Shown here: positions 25,462 to 37,328 of the stretch, piece after piece
How the letters are laid out: each line of letters begins with the position of its first letter
Position numbering within the stretch: the first letter of the stretch is position 1
Assembly: GCF_016433145.1 (NCBI RefSeq)
Contig: NC_058132.1
Span: 154,457,702 to 154,521,701 of the forward strand
Origin: Gracilinanus agilis
Taxonomy: Eukaryota
Reading direction: 5' to 3'
Length of the DNA: 64,000 nucleotides
The notes under the pieces: generated by a model
The model's database searches: none
Told to the model about the DNA's origin: nothing
The model's input: the letters and a program-made list of their open reading frames with translations, nothing else
Position numbers and translations under genes: made by a program

Positions 25462-25998
25462 AGGACAGAGAGGTGGCACAATGGAGAGAGTGCTAGGCTT
25501 AAATTCAGAAAGACTCAACTTCCTGAGTACCAATCTGGCCTCAGACATTAGCTGTGTAACCCTAGCTAAGTCATTTAACTGTTTGCCTGTTTCTTCACCT
25601 GTAAAATTAGTTAGAAAGAACTACAGCAGTGGAAACAGAAGAAAAACAACTGCTTGAACACATGGGTTGAGGCGGACATGATTGGGGATGTAGACTTGAA
25701 ACCACCACACAAATACAACTATCAACAATTTGGAAATAGGTCTTGATCTTTGACACATGTCAAAACCAGTGGAAATACACATCAGCCATGGGGGGGAAGG
25801 GGGAAGTCGGGGGGTGAAGGGGAAAGAAAGAGCATGAATTATGTAACCATGTTAATTTTTCAAAAAATAAATATTAATAAATGTTTTTTTAAAAAAATCA
25901 GTTAGAGAAGGAATAGCAAACTGCTCCAGTATCTTTGCCAAGAAAATCCCAAATGGGTTGATGAGGAGCCAGATACATCTGAAATGACTGAACAACAA
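25462..25998 (+). mobile_element. Mar1-type SINE split by an L1 insertion
   Basis: Head and core at 25462-25615; RTE-like tail gaaggaatagcaaactgctccagtatctttgccaagaaaatcccaaatggg resumes at about 25898. Confidence 0.85.
25619..25897 (+). mobile_element. 5'-truncated, relatively young opossum L1 (3'UTR only)
   Basis: acagcagtggaaacagaagaaaaacaactgcttgaacacatggg, G-rich tract, attaataaa and A tail. TSD aaaattagttaga (25603-25615) / aaaatcagttaga (25894-25906). Confidence 0.85.
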
Positions 25999-26401
25999 AA
26001 TATACTTATTGTTGAGATATTTAGTAAGTACTTTGGGATACTAGATGATGGTTCCAGCAATGTTGAGACTACCAAATTAATAGAATCATAGATTTTGAGA
26101 GCAGGACTGAGTTCTTAATCACTTAAAGCAACAAGATTATTTTATCCCTTCCCCTTCCCCATGCAATTATTTAACCTTTTCCTCCCTCCATTCTATATTT
26201 GGGAAGTTGAATTTTTTTTTCAATCTGACATCTAACAGTCCATACTTCTCTCTATTAAGTTTCATCTTAAGTTTAGCCCAATTTTCCATATTGCCATCAT
26301 CTTTGGGGATCCTAATTTCACCTTTCAACAGGCTAGCTATTTCCTCCCAGCTTTGCGTCATCAGTAAATTTTATGTGCATGCATCAAAACCTTTATTCCA
26401 G

Positions 26402-26625
26402 GGGGCAACTGGGTAGCTCAGTGGATTGAGAGTCAGGCCTAGAGATGGGAGGTCTTAGGTTCAAATCTGACATCAGATACTTCCCAGCTGTGTGACCCTG
26501 AGCAAGTCTCTTGACCCCCATTGCCTACCCTTACCACTCTTCTGCCTTGGAACCAATACACAGTATTGACTCCAAGATGGAAGTCAATAAAAATATTTAA
26601 AAATATTTATAAAAAATATTAAAAA
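26402..26625 (+). mobile_element. SINE1_Mdo-like SINE with TSD, inserted in CR1
   Basis: ggggcaactgggtagctcagtggattgagagtc head. TSD aaaacctttattcca(g) (26386-26401) / aaaccctttattccag (26626-26641). Confidence 0.95.
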
Positions 26626-26849
26626 AAACCCTTTATTCCAGACAATGTAAAAATGTTAAACAATAACGAGTTAGAGAAAGATGTTAAACAGCACACACCC
26701 CTGGGAGTATTTCTCCAGAAAATTCTTTCAAGTTGATATAAAACCATTATTATCATTATTCTGGTTATTCAACTAGTTTAGACTGCAGCTAATTGTATTA
26801 TTGTTTAGTCTAAATTTTCCCAAAGGCAGAGTATGAGGAACAAAATAAA

Positions 26850-27080
26850 AATTAAGCAACTACTTTGTGCCAGATACTTTATAAATATAATATTATTTGA
26901 TCCTTACCACAACCCTATGCAACAGATGCTATTATTATCCCTATTTTCCAGATGGATAAACTAAAGCAAACAGAGATTAAGTGACTTGACCAAGGTCAAC
27001 TATCTAATATATATCTGAGGTTGAATTTGAACTCAGGCCTTCCTGCCTCTAGGCATAGCATTTTTCCTACTGAGCTACCT
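26850..27080 (-). mobile_element. MIR/Ther-type SINE
   Basis: Reversed core ttccagatggataaactaaagc...ttaagtgacttgaccaaggtca...tttgaactcagg. Confidence 0.75.
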
Positions 27081-27204
27081 TCACTTCATCAAATATTATG
27101 CCAAAATTACATAAATTTTATAGCTACTAAATTCCCTCCTCATCTACAGTTATAGTATCCTCATTTTTTTATAAAGGAAACAAAAGTTAGCTTGGCATGA
27201 CAGA

Positions 27205-27375
27205 TTATTTTTTTAATCCTTTCTTACCTTCTGTCTTAGAATCAGTATCATTTCCAATGTAGAAGAGCAATAAGGGCTAGACAATTGGGGTTAAGTGACT
27301 TGTCCAGGGTCACAAACCTGGGAAATATCTCAGGTCTGATTTGAACCTAGGACCTCCTATCTCAAGGTCTGGTTC
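27205..27375 (-). mobile_element. SINE1_Mdo-like SINE
   Basis: ttaccttctgtcttagaatc...ggggttaagtgacttgtccagggtcac...tttgaacctaggacctcc. Confidence 0.85.
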
Positions 27376-29734
27376 TAGAATGAACCATTCTGAAAGAAGC
27401 CATAATGGCTCTTTAAATTACCACTTCCCTTCCCAGGTACTAACCATCACTTCAATGAATGAACATTTTAACATTTTCTCAGAAATTCAAGTCAAACCCT
27501 TGCTTATAAATTTCAGATTCTATTCTTTTTTCTTCTTTGAAATTGGGACAGTATTTGCCCATGTTCAATCCTGGGGTTCCTCTTATGTTTTCTGTGATAT
27601 TTTCAATATAACTGATATCATTTGAGCAATCATCTCAGCTAGTTCTTTCAGTATGCAAAGATGTAGTTCATCTGGGCCATAGGACTTGAATTAATCAAGA
27701 AAGGCTAGAGGCTTCTTTATTATTTTCTTACTTATCTCGAACATCAATACCCCAAGAACCACTTTTATTTTGTTATTTTCAGAGCAATGGTCATTCTCAT
27801 TAGCAAAGAAAAAGAATTTAGCAGCTATTTTGTTTTTCTCAATCATTACTTTCCTGTGTATTCTTTGCCTCATTCTTCCACTTTGCTTAGAGTGACAAGA
27901 AAAAAGTCTTATTCCTTCCACTGATCCTCTCTTTTTCCCATAATATAGTAAAAAATAGCTTTTTTTCTGTTACCTTTAGTTGCTCTAACTAGCCTCAGCT
28001 CACGGTAAGCTTTAATATTCCTGCAAGTGATTTTATAGGGTCATGGCATACTCTAATATAAATTTATCTTCAGTTACCCAACTTGCTTCCATCTTCTGTG
28101 CATTTTTCTTTAAAAATCCAAGTTGGATGAAATCCTCTGTGCATCCATATTGGTCCATTCAGGCATCTCCAATTTTTCTTTCCCACTATAATTGTTTTCT
28201 GCTGTATCTTGAGAATTTCATTCTTGAGTGTTTCTCATCACTCCTGAGTATGAAGAGATTCTAACACTTGTGTAGTTTTAGCCTGTGGGATCCTACCTAT
28301 CTTTCTTAGGAACCCCTTTAAATTTGACTTCAAGAGAAAGACTATACACAAGAGAGTAGAATTTTAATACCTCTGCCTATATATAAATATGCATTTGACT
28401 TATATGTGTATATTATAGATATATATTCAGTGATAAATATGTGTATATGTATATCTAATCATCACCAGCTAAGTTTTTGGGGGGCTCTCATAATGATGCC
28501 TTTCTAGAATTTTAATACTTCCGCGAAAAGCATTTACCATTTAAGGGAAACCACGCAGACAAGGAAAGATGAGTCTTTAAGAAATTCTAGTGTGTGAGGT
28601 GAAGACATTACCATTAAATTGGGGAGGTGATAAATTAATTACAAATGAAAGAAAGATGACTTCACTGATAAAGATGAGAAATTTATGCAACACATATTCC
28701 CCTAAAGGTCATCAAGTTGGATGAACATATAAATTCTTTAAAAAAAGTTCAGCTTCATTGCAGAGAGATGCATATTGAATGATAATGGATAAAATGTTTG
28801 GATTATAAGAACATCAGCAATGATAATTGTCATAGTTTTTCCAGATGTTTTAGAGACTTCCAATTTTTCATAGGAAAAAAAGAATAAATCAGCTAGTGAA
28901 AAGAAAAGCAAGAAGCCTCTATTTGGCACATTTTAATTGAAGAGAAAAATCTTATGGCTTAATTTGAAATACCCAGGGGCACAAAAAAGGGACTGTAGAA
29001 AAATGGGTAAAGGATACATTTGCATCATAGTACACCAAAAAGACAAAGATATAACTAGATCTCAGGAGAAAATATACTCAATAATATACTCAACAAATGA
29101 AAGGAGTCTAGGCCTGAGGTGAGAGGATCTTTAACCTATAATTTTTAGGCAAAATCACTACTTCAATAGTCCTATGAGAGGCACTTCCTGACATGGCACC
29201 CAGGTGTTTTCAGTCTTTTATCATTCCTCCTAGTGATGGGAACATCTGGGTCCATCTCACATAATAGATCATCTTGGAAATCCCAATAAAGGATAGGGAT
29301 CATATAACTAAAAGCAGGGGCTCTAGCATCTGACTGGTTTTTCTCCTTTTATTCTATTGTCAGGGAAGCACAAATTCTTAAGGCTGTTTAGAGCATGGAA
29401 GTTTCTAGCTCAGAAATTTCATGGAATAAAAGATTTCAGAAAAGTGAGTGGGTGCCGGGCAGGTGTAAGGGACCCATCCAGAGAAAATACAAAGTGTCAC
29501 AATGAAAGCTAGAGACTTAAACCAGAAAGGTTTTCTGGACTAAGACAACATTTGTTTTTGTATAGCACATTTTAGTTTTGATGACGTGTTTACACATTCA
29601 TGGTTTGAAATTGGTGTTAAGAAGGTAATCATAAGATGTCACAACAAATATTCCCTTAGTGCTTCTGACAGAGACAGAATGAAGGGCTAATGGACCAGAG
29701 ATCTGTTCCACTGTGTTGTTTCTTATGTTGGGAA

Positions 29735-29998
29735 GGGGGAAGGGAATAAGCATTTATATAGAGCCTACTATGTGCCAGGCACTATGCCAAGTGCTATTTG
29801 TGAATATCGTCTTATTTAGTTTTCACTATAACCCTGCACAATAGGTGCTATTATCATTCCCATTTAAAAGTTGAGGAAACTGAGGGGAAAAATATAAGCA
29901 ACTTGTCCAGGGTCATAGAGCAAGTATCTGAGGTTGAATTTCAACTTGGGTCTTTTTGACGCCAGACTTAGCTCTCTATCCATTGTGCCACTAACTGC
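29735..29998 (-). mobile_element. Marsupial MIR-family SINE
   Basis: gggaataagcatttatatagagcctactatgtgccagg...gaggaaactgagg...ctatccattgtgccac. Confidence 0.8.
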
Positions 29999-30385
29999 CT
30001 CTTTTTTTTGTCATAGAATAAATGGAGTTTAGTAGAGAGATAAGATAACAGTATATGACCTAGGCTGCCCAAGATCCTTATCTCCAAAATTGTTTCAGGT
30101 TCAGGCAACAAATGGGTATATGTTTCAGGAAGACCTTGATGGGACCACATAAAACAGGGCAAGATTTCACTGGCATTTGATTAGAGGAGCAGTGGCAAAA
30201 TAACATCAATGTATTTGTAAGCTATGAAAAGATGCAGCTTATCCTTTGCTTTAAGAAACCTCAAACCTGTGTCTGTACATGTGAAATAAGCCATGTTTTT
30301 GAAGTAGTTAATAAAAGATGAACACCTTCCTACTATGAGTATTCAGTTTCAAGTTCAGGTTTGGCATCCATTCAAAGACATGTCT

Positions 30386-30745
30386 CCTATCTCCAAATAA
30401 TCACTAACCAGGAAATAAGAAACCATGGTGAGTTCTGAGGTGATTAGTTGATGCCTGTCATTGCTCATCAGTTTGAATTTGGGACAGCTAATCTGGACCA
30501 GAGATCTGGAAAAAGCTGTTCATCCAAATTACTCAGATCCACAGGTAGATTGTGATTATCCTCCTCCTCTCCCCTTGATACATCGTCTGTTTCCATAGCA
30601 GTTAAGACCTCAGTAAAATGGAAACATCTGGTCTAAGCTCAGGTAAAGGTCCCCTGGGGAAATAAATCTGTTGGATGGTAGTAAGAGAGAAAAGAAGGCT
30701 CTAAAACAAAGCAACATGAAAATTTAAATTTAAGGGATAACAGGA

Positions 30746-30826
<81 letters not shown>

Positions 30827-31184
30827 NCCTATCTCCAAATAATCACTAACCAGGAAATAAGAAACCATGGTGAGTTCTGAGGTGATTAGTTGATGCCTGT
30901 CATTGCTCATCAGTTTGAATTTGGGACAGCTAATCTGGACCAGAGATCTGGAAAAAGCTGTTCATCCAAATTACTCAGATCCACAGGTAGATTGTGATTA
31001 TCCTCCTCCTCTCCCCTTGATACATCGTCTGTTTCCATAGCAGTTAAGACCTCAGTAAAATGGAAACATCTGGTCTAAGCTCAGGTAAAGGTCCCCTGGG
31101 GAAATAAATCTGTTGGATGGTAGTAAGAGAGAAAAGAAGGCTCTAAAACAAAGCAACATGAAAATTTAAATTTAAGGGATAACA

Positions 31185-31227
<43 letters not shown>
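30386..31227. repeat. Direct duplication of about 365 bp plus (GA)n, copies separated by a single N (30827)
   Basis: cctatctccaaataatcactaacc...aacaggaaag occurs at 30386 and again at 30828. The copies appear identical and each ends in a (GA)n of different length. Confidence 0.95.
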
Positions 31228-31230
<3 letters not shown>

Positions 31231-31999
31231 CAAAGGTGTGAGGTAAGAGGGACATAAAAAGCAAATTGAACCATATGGGAGACTATGAGAAAAAAATGGA
31301 ACAAAGAGAGAAAACATGAAAGCAAGGCAAAAAGAAAAATGTGGTAAGCAGAAAAAGAATTAGACTAACAGAGAAAGAGAGCCCTGGCCAAAGGAGAGTC
31401 AAAGTAAAGGAAAACAAAGGAAAATAAGAAAGGTTAAAGGACATACTAGACTGAGCACCCCTACCATAAATGCAACCAGAGGATGATCAATATTATACCA
31501 GTCATGCTGGTCAGATATCATTAGGTGTTCCAGGCAGAGAAGAATGGATCTTCCCCCATAGACTTTATAAATCAGTCAATTTGGATTACCCTTCCTTTTG
31601 ACATATACCTATAGAAGATTTAGGTAGCATACTATCCCTCAGTGGAGCCTCAATCTAACATATGATTTGGTTCATGTTTGTTCACTTGTTCAAATCCACA
31701 TGCACTTCAAACCAAGGTAACAACTACAAAAATATCCTCTTTTATTCCCTTGTTTCATTGAAGTAGCATCACAGTTAAAGACTTAAAAATGCCAAAGCTG
31801 TTTCCAAGCCTCAAGAGTGACTTAGCATTATTGGCATTGTACCATAAAATGAATATCATAAAAATATTGGGGTAGTAGTTAAAGAGATGAAAAGTAGATC
31901 AGGAGGAATAGACTAGAAAAGCGAGGAACAGAAGTCATCACAAGTGACAGCCCCATGCTTGATCAACCTAAGAACATACACTACTCTCTCAAAGGCTTC

Positions 32000-33265
32000 T
32001 CTTTTTAATAAGAAGCACTAAGAAAAGTGGAAAGCAATTTGACAGAAATTAGGTTTTGGCCAAGTTCTCATACCATATCACACACACACAAAAAATTAAA
32101 GCATATTAAATCTGTACATAAAAGGCCATGCCATTTTTTTAAATAGAAGATGATAATATGAGTTAACTTTGGAAATTATAGTTAAGGGGAAAATGCTTAA
32201 CCAAATAAAGTGTCCACATAAGAAAAAATAGACAAATTATATATGTGAAATTAAGAATCTTTTGCATGAATTCAATCAACAAAGAAACAGCAAAAAGAAC
32301 TATAAAATGGGACAAATATTTTTGTCAAATGTTACCAATAAATGCTTGATATCCTACATACATAGGAAAATGCCACAGATATTTATATCAGTAGGAACCA
32401 TTCCTTACTAAATAAGCTGTCAAAGAATGTGAACAAATATTTCAAATTCAAAATAATTGAAAAATTTTAAATGGCTAAATGAAAATGTAGTTCAAAACAC
32501 AAATTAAAAGGAAATTGAGCTAAACTGAGATTTTGCCTCACACCCAATAAGTTTGCAAAGATAACCTGAAACTGGAAACTAAATATTAATAGAATTTTCA
32601 AAAAAAGTACATCACAATAAAATTTTGGTGTGTTTGGAAACTGGTACAATCATTCTCTATATCAAATTGGAAAATGCAAATAAAGAGACTAACCTTCCTA
32701 TATTCTCTGACCCAGTGATCCCATTGCTGGGATAAATACATAAGAATATCAAAGACAAAAACAAAAGGCTGATATACCAAAATGTTCATAATAGCATTCT
32801 TTGTATGACAAAAAACTGGGAATAAAATAAATAAAAGAGATGAATCAATAAAAATTGCTGTATGATTACAATGGATTATAACTGTGTAATAAAAGTTACA
32901 AATATGAGTTTAAAGAAACATGAAAAGATTTGTGTGAACAGATGAAAGGTGAAATAATCTAAAACCAAAATAATAATATGAACCATTTATACAACAATGT
33001 AAAGTACAAGATCACTAAAGGGAAGATGAATTCTAAACAACTGAATAATTAATGTTCAGAAAGAACAGATAATAAAGCATATCTTCCTCATAGCTGAGAG
33101 GCTGAAGGAGGGAAAGAGTACAGTCTTGTCATATAAAGTGAGATGCTTGTTTTCCTCTGTTATAAAGGTTCAGTTTGAACCATATTAAGATTTTCCCACC
33201 CCTCCTTGAAATTACTCTTAGATATAGAAAAACATTATTCAATAAATGTATTTAAAAAAATTAAA
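32000..33265 (+). mobile_element. Old L1 3' fragment (ORF2 C-terminus and 3'UTR)
   Basis: cctcacacccaataagtttgcaaag (HLTP.RLAK-like), gacccagtgatcccattgctggg (DP.IPLLG), ending aataaatgtatttaaaaaaa. Confidence 0.85.
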
Positions 33266-35199
33266 GCCTTGCACACATGTCTTTCTCAGTTTCTGTCCCC
33301 TTGAAGCAACAGGGAATATAGTCAATGGTCTGAGGAGTTTCCTTGCATTTCAGAGACTTGCACCATGTCTGAGGGAAAAAGATTACTATCTTTTATTTTT
33401 CCTATGTAGCTCATAAGTGTCTTTCACAGACAATCCATTTTCTAAAAGTTTTGTCCCTTAAGACTTCTTCCTTTAGTCTCAATGACTCTGTTTCTCATTT
33501 TCTAAAAATTGGAAGAAGCTGAGGGGAAACACTTAACTTGTTTTCCTCCCAATGAGCCACACCTGGTGATTAAAACCAATAGAATTAAAGACAGTATGAG
33601 GCCATCTGAGGAAGAGACAAAAAAGAAATCCCCAGACTCTATCTCAATTTTTCCCTTTTGGAGTTTAGCTATGAAACCTACAGGACAAATAGCTCACAGA
33701 ATATGCCCCCAGGTGATTTACTTTGCCACTAAACTAAGATTATGTATTCTATGAAATAGCACCCTTTTCAGATCTACCCTTCTTGACACACTTGGACAAC
33801 AGAACAATGGAGATTCAAATCTATCTAAATGCATCAAGGTTTTAAAAAATGCCATTGAGGTGAAAAAATTCATGTCAAGAGAATAGCAACCTATAGGAAG
33901 GAAAAAATCTCCAGCTCAGCAGATGGAGGGAGAGTGAAAAAAGGAAGAGAGAAGATGTCCCCAACAGCTTGCATTCACAGACAACAGGGAATGAGTTCTC
34001 TTTTGGTGCTTCATTATGGTTGATGGTCTAGTTGGGATATCCCTTCTGCCTACAATGGACATCTGGGCTCCCTTAAAGAGTCTTTCCTCTCCTTCTGCTT
34101 GTCTCTCAGTGCCCACAGACATTATGTGGCTGCAAGATCTCACAATCTTTCATCCTCAAAACTCTACACAGATGGGATCACCAACTCCCTCACCTCGGGG
34201 AGCTATTTAACTCATTCTTGGAAGCTTCTGTGAAAGACAAGCTCATTCCAACCAAGAATAGCTCTTTTCATCCAAACTTGGCTTAGAAGGAAACCACCTA
34301 CACTCATTTATTCCCTCAAAGCCTAAAACTTGCATAATTCAGCAAACATGAGGTTACTTTTGATATATTTTACTTCATAATAATGAAGAATAAGTAATGA
34401 AATAATTTTAAGTATCTTTAACCAAAACATTGCCATATCTTCTGGTACATAAAACTTGGTCAGTGAAAACCTAAGTGATTTTTTTTGAGGGGGTGGAATT
34501 TGCTTTACCCTTTATCCATAGAATCCCACGTACATAATCACTTATACTATGCCTACATAAAACCTAAACATTTGACCAATTAATTATATTTAGTCAAATT
34601 TCTCTAAATTTTTGAAGAATAAGAAGGCAGAGGAAAATAGTACTGTATTTTCATGGAGACCAGAGAGCCATCTTATTTGTCACAAAATCTTATAAATAAT
34701 TAGTCATTCCTAGATATTTTTTCTTTTTAGAAATATGGGCACTTTGAACCCACCATTAATTATACGTATTTGCCTTTCTTACCCAATAGTATATATCCAA
34801 CTGTACATATTTACCATATCACCATTACCAGTGAGCATCAACATATAGTCAAAAAATCTTGGTATGCAATAAACTCATATATGAGATACTCTGTTGGCAT
34901 GCTTTTAAAATAAATCCACCAGGGGACTAGAGAAATTACTTAAATTATTATTTCTGAGGCTTCTAACAACATAGCATTATAGATAATTTTAAACTTAATC
35001 TCATAATTTCAGAAATCTTTGACCACTTTGCCAAATTTGCATTAACTCTGGCCATTTTACCAAGGAGTGCCATCTCTGTACTTTCTGTACAGCTCATCCT
35101 CCTATTATTCATTCTTATTACTTGACACACCAATAACTCCCACCGCTAACTCCTACTCCTCCCCAGACCTATTCAATAGGCAATCTCTGATTTTCTTAC

Positions 35200-35325
35200 C
35201 AGTGGGAGAGATGTGTCTCCAAGTAACTGTAGGTTCTGGTCTACCTGTTGCTATGCAGGTGAGGCTGATATTGCTGCCTTCATTGATGGAAATATCTGAA
35301 GAAATCTCTATGATTTTTGGAGATA
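35200..35325 (-). CDS. NTM: Internal coding exon (126 bp, phase 1-1) of neurotrimin, IgLON family; first half of Ig-like domain 2
   Basis: Minus-strand translation is (V)[41 protein letters not shown]. This is nearly identical to the recalled human NTM segment [42 protein letters not shown] and distinct from the OPCML and LSAMP paralogues. The acceptor is tttttcttttcacttgttttgttttcacAG (AG at 35327-35326) and the donor is G|GTAAG (GT at 35199-35198). Confidence 0.95.
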
Positions 35326-35739
35326 CTGTGAAAACAAAACAAGTGAAAAGAAAAATAAAAATTTTGGTAATATAGTATTTGTTTGCATGATAATTTCCAG
35401 AATATTTTGTAGACTTAGCTTATATAAGAGAATTGTCAGTGAAAAAGATAATAAATAACCATAAATCTAAAGAAAAATCATATGATATGTTTGGTTTCTA
35501 ATGTTTTTTCTCTAAATTCTAAATCAGAGAGTTTGAATAGGAATCCATCAGTTCTCATGTAACCATTTATATAAGAATGCCTCTTCCTGCATTCCTTAAG
35601 GACTTAGACTAGATCATAAGTCGAATAGAACATAAGCTCATTTTGTGGGAGCTTGATTTTTTTTTTCTTCATTTCCCCGTTGTTGTTTTTTTAAAGCATG
35701 TTACTTTACAAAAATTTTGTAATTTGTAAATTTGTTAGA

Positions 35740-35997
35740 GAGCACCTAGGTAGTGCATTAGATAATACTTGAAGTCAGAAAGTATAGGACTTGAAAACAG
35801 GAAGACTTATTTTCCTCAGTTCAAGTTTGCTTCAGACAAAAGCTAGCTGTGTGGTCCTGGGTAAGGCAGTTAACCTTGCTTGCCTCCGTTTCTCATCTGT
35901 AAAATGAATTGAAGAAGGAAATGGCAAGCCAACATGATATCTTTGAACCCAATGGAATCACAAAGAGTCAAAAATGACTGAAAGGACTGAATAACAG
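35740..35997 (+). mobile_element. Mar1-type SINE, 415 bp upstream of the exon acceptor
   Basis: gcctccgtttctcatctgtaaaatga...gaaggaaatggcaagcc...caaagagtc...gactgaataac. Confidence 0.8.
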
Positions 35998-36334
35998 AGA
36001 CGCTTAATAATATTTATTGATCAGCTGACTTTCCTGATACCTCCCTAAGACTTTCTCCTAGGTGAAAGTATTCTCCTACTCCACAAATTTTCATAGGACA
36101 CTTGGGATCTATTCTTTTCACCCATCATACCCTATAAAAAAAGCAAAAATAGGTTTTTTAATAAATTTTTGTTTATTACATTTTGTTTAATTACTGTCTG
36201 ATTTATTAGAATACTGACATTATTTGTCTATGGTATAAGCAAAACCTCTATTCTTACTTAGTTTCTCCACTTATAATAATATTAGTAAGTACAATTATAA
36301 TATAAATTCCTTATGTTAGTAAATAATTAATACT

Positions 36335-36830
36335 TTATATTAGTAAAGTATGTTAACATTTACAAAGCACTTTTTCGAACAATATCCCATTTGATCCTTA
36401 TGGCACCCAATTCACATCTATAAAGTGGATACAACTAGTATTATTATGTCCACTTTACAGATGAGAAAAGAGAAGTTCAAGGAATTTAAATAATTTATTC
36501 CAAATCACAGAACCAATAATAATAAGTGGCAAAGATAAGATTGAAATTCATATTCATTGGGTCCAAATCCAGAGCCTTTTCTTCTATACTACAGTTGCTT
36601 CCTATAATAGGAATTATTACATTTCACAAAACCTTAAATTTTAAATTAGAAGGAACTATGAAGTTCATTTAATCCAAACCACATATCTTATGGATGAGAA
36701 AACCAAAGAAAACAAAGCGTAAGTGATTTGCTAAAAGGTCCCACAAGTAGCAAGTGCCTGAGCCAAGATTTGAACCCAGGTTATTTGACTCCAATTCAGT
36801 ATATTATCCACAATCATATAACTGTCTCCT
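36335..36830 (-). mobile_element. Two adjacent MIR-type SINE fragments
   Basis: ctttacagatgagaaaag core at about 36450; ggatgagaaaacc...gatttgaacccagg core at about 36690-36780. Confidence 0.65.
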
Positions 36831-37197
36831 AATAATTGGATTGATGGCCCTTTTAGTGACTTTCCCTTTGATTAAGGGTTGGCTACTTCAAAGGGTTCTT
36901 TCCAGTTTCTCCAGTAAGTGATCCTAGGATGTGATCCTGAATTTTCAATTCAGTAGAGCTGAACCCATTGAAAAGATTAGTGATGGGTGGCCAGTTGCAC
37001 TGATGAACCACAACTACTCTCTTAAGTGGTACGGATTTATTTTTTTACTCTATATTGTAAACATATATTTTAACAGTTCACGGTGGTTTGTTCTTTTCCA
37101 AGAATAATCCCTGCCTATTAGTTCAGGTTTTTGTTTTGTTGGTTTTTTTTAATCGTATATGGGACATTACCTTGAAAAGGATATGGCACAGTTGCTC

Positions 37198-37328
37198 NNN
37201 NNNNNNNNNNNNNNNNNNNNNNNNNNNNNNNNNNNNNNNNNNNNNNNNNNNNNNNNNNNNNNNNNNNNNNNNNNNNNNNNNNNNNNNNNNNNNNNNNNNN
37301 NNNNNNNNNNNNNNNNNNNNNNNNNNNN
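37198..37328. other. Assembly gap (131 N)
   Basis: Run of N. Confidence 1.

Larger units (their letters stand above)
26095..28330 (-). mobile_element. Long decayed CR1/L3 LINE (RT region), interrupted by SINEs
   Basis: Minus-strand remnants resemble CR1 KFADDTKLGG...LEHWAE..KMKFNR.K (ORF track 26167-26361) and FKSxGPDELHP (about 27655-27700). Confidence 0.8.
1..35199 (-). other. NTM: NTM intron downstream of the Ig2 exon (continues beyond window start)
   Basis: No following NTM exon (AVGFVSEDEYLEI...-like) was recognised on the minus strand. IgLON genes are known to have very long introns. Confidence 0.8.

Noticed and set aside
30386-31227. Repeat-spacer-like or real segmental duplication
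   Set aside because: There are only two identical copies, joined at an N. This is not CRISPR-like and is best explained as an assembly overlap.
35067-35375. 102-aa plus-strand ORF
   Set aside because: It is the antisense shadow of the NTM exon. The real reading frame is on the minus strand with proper splice sites.
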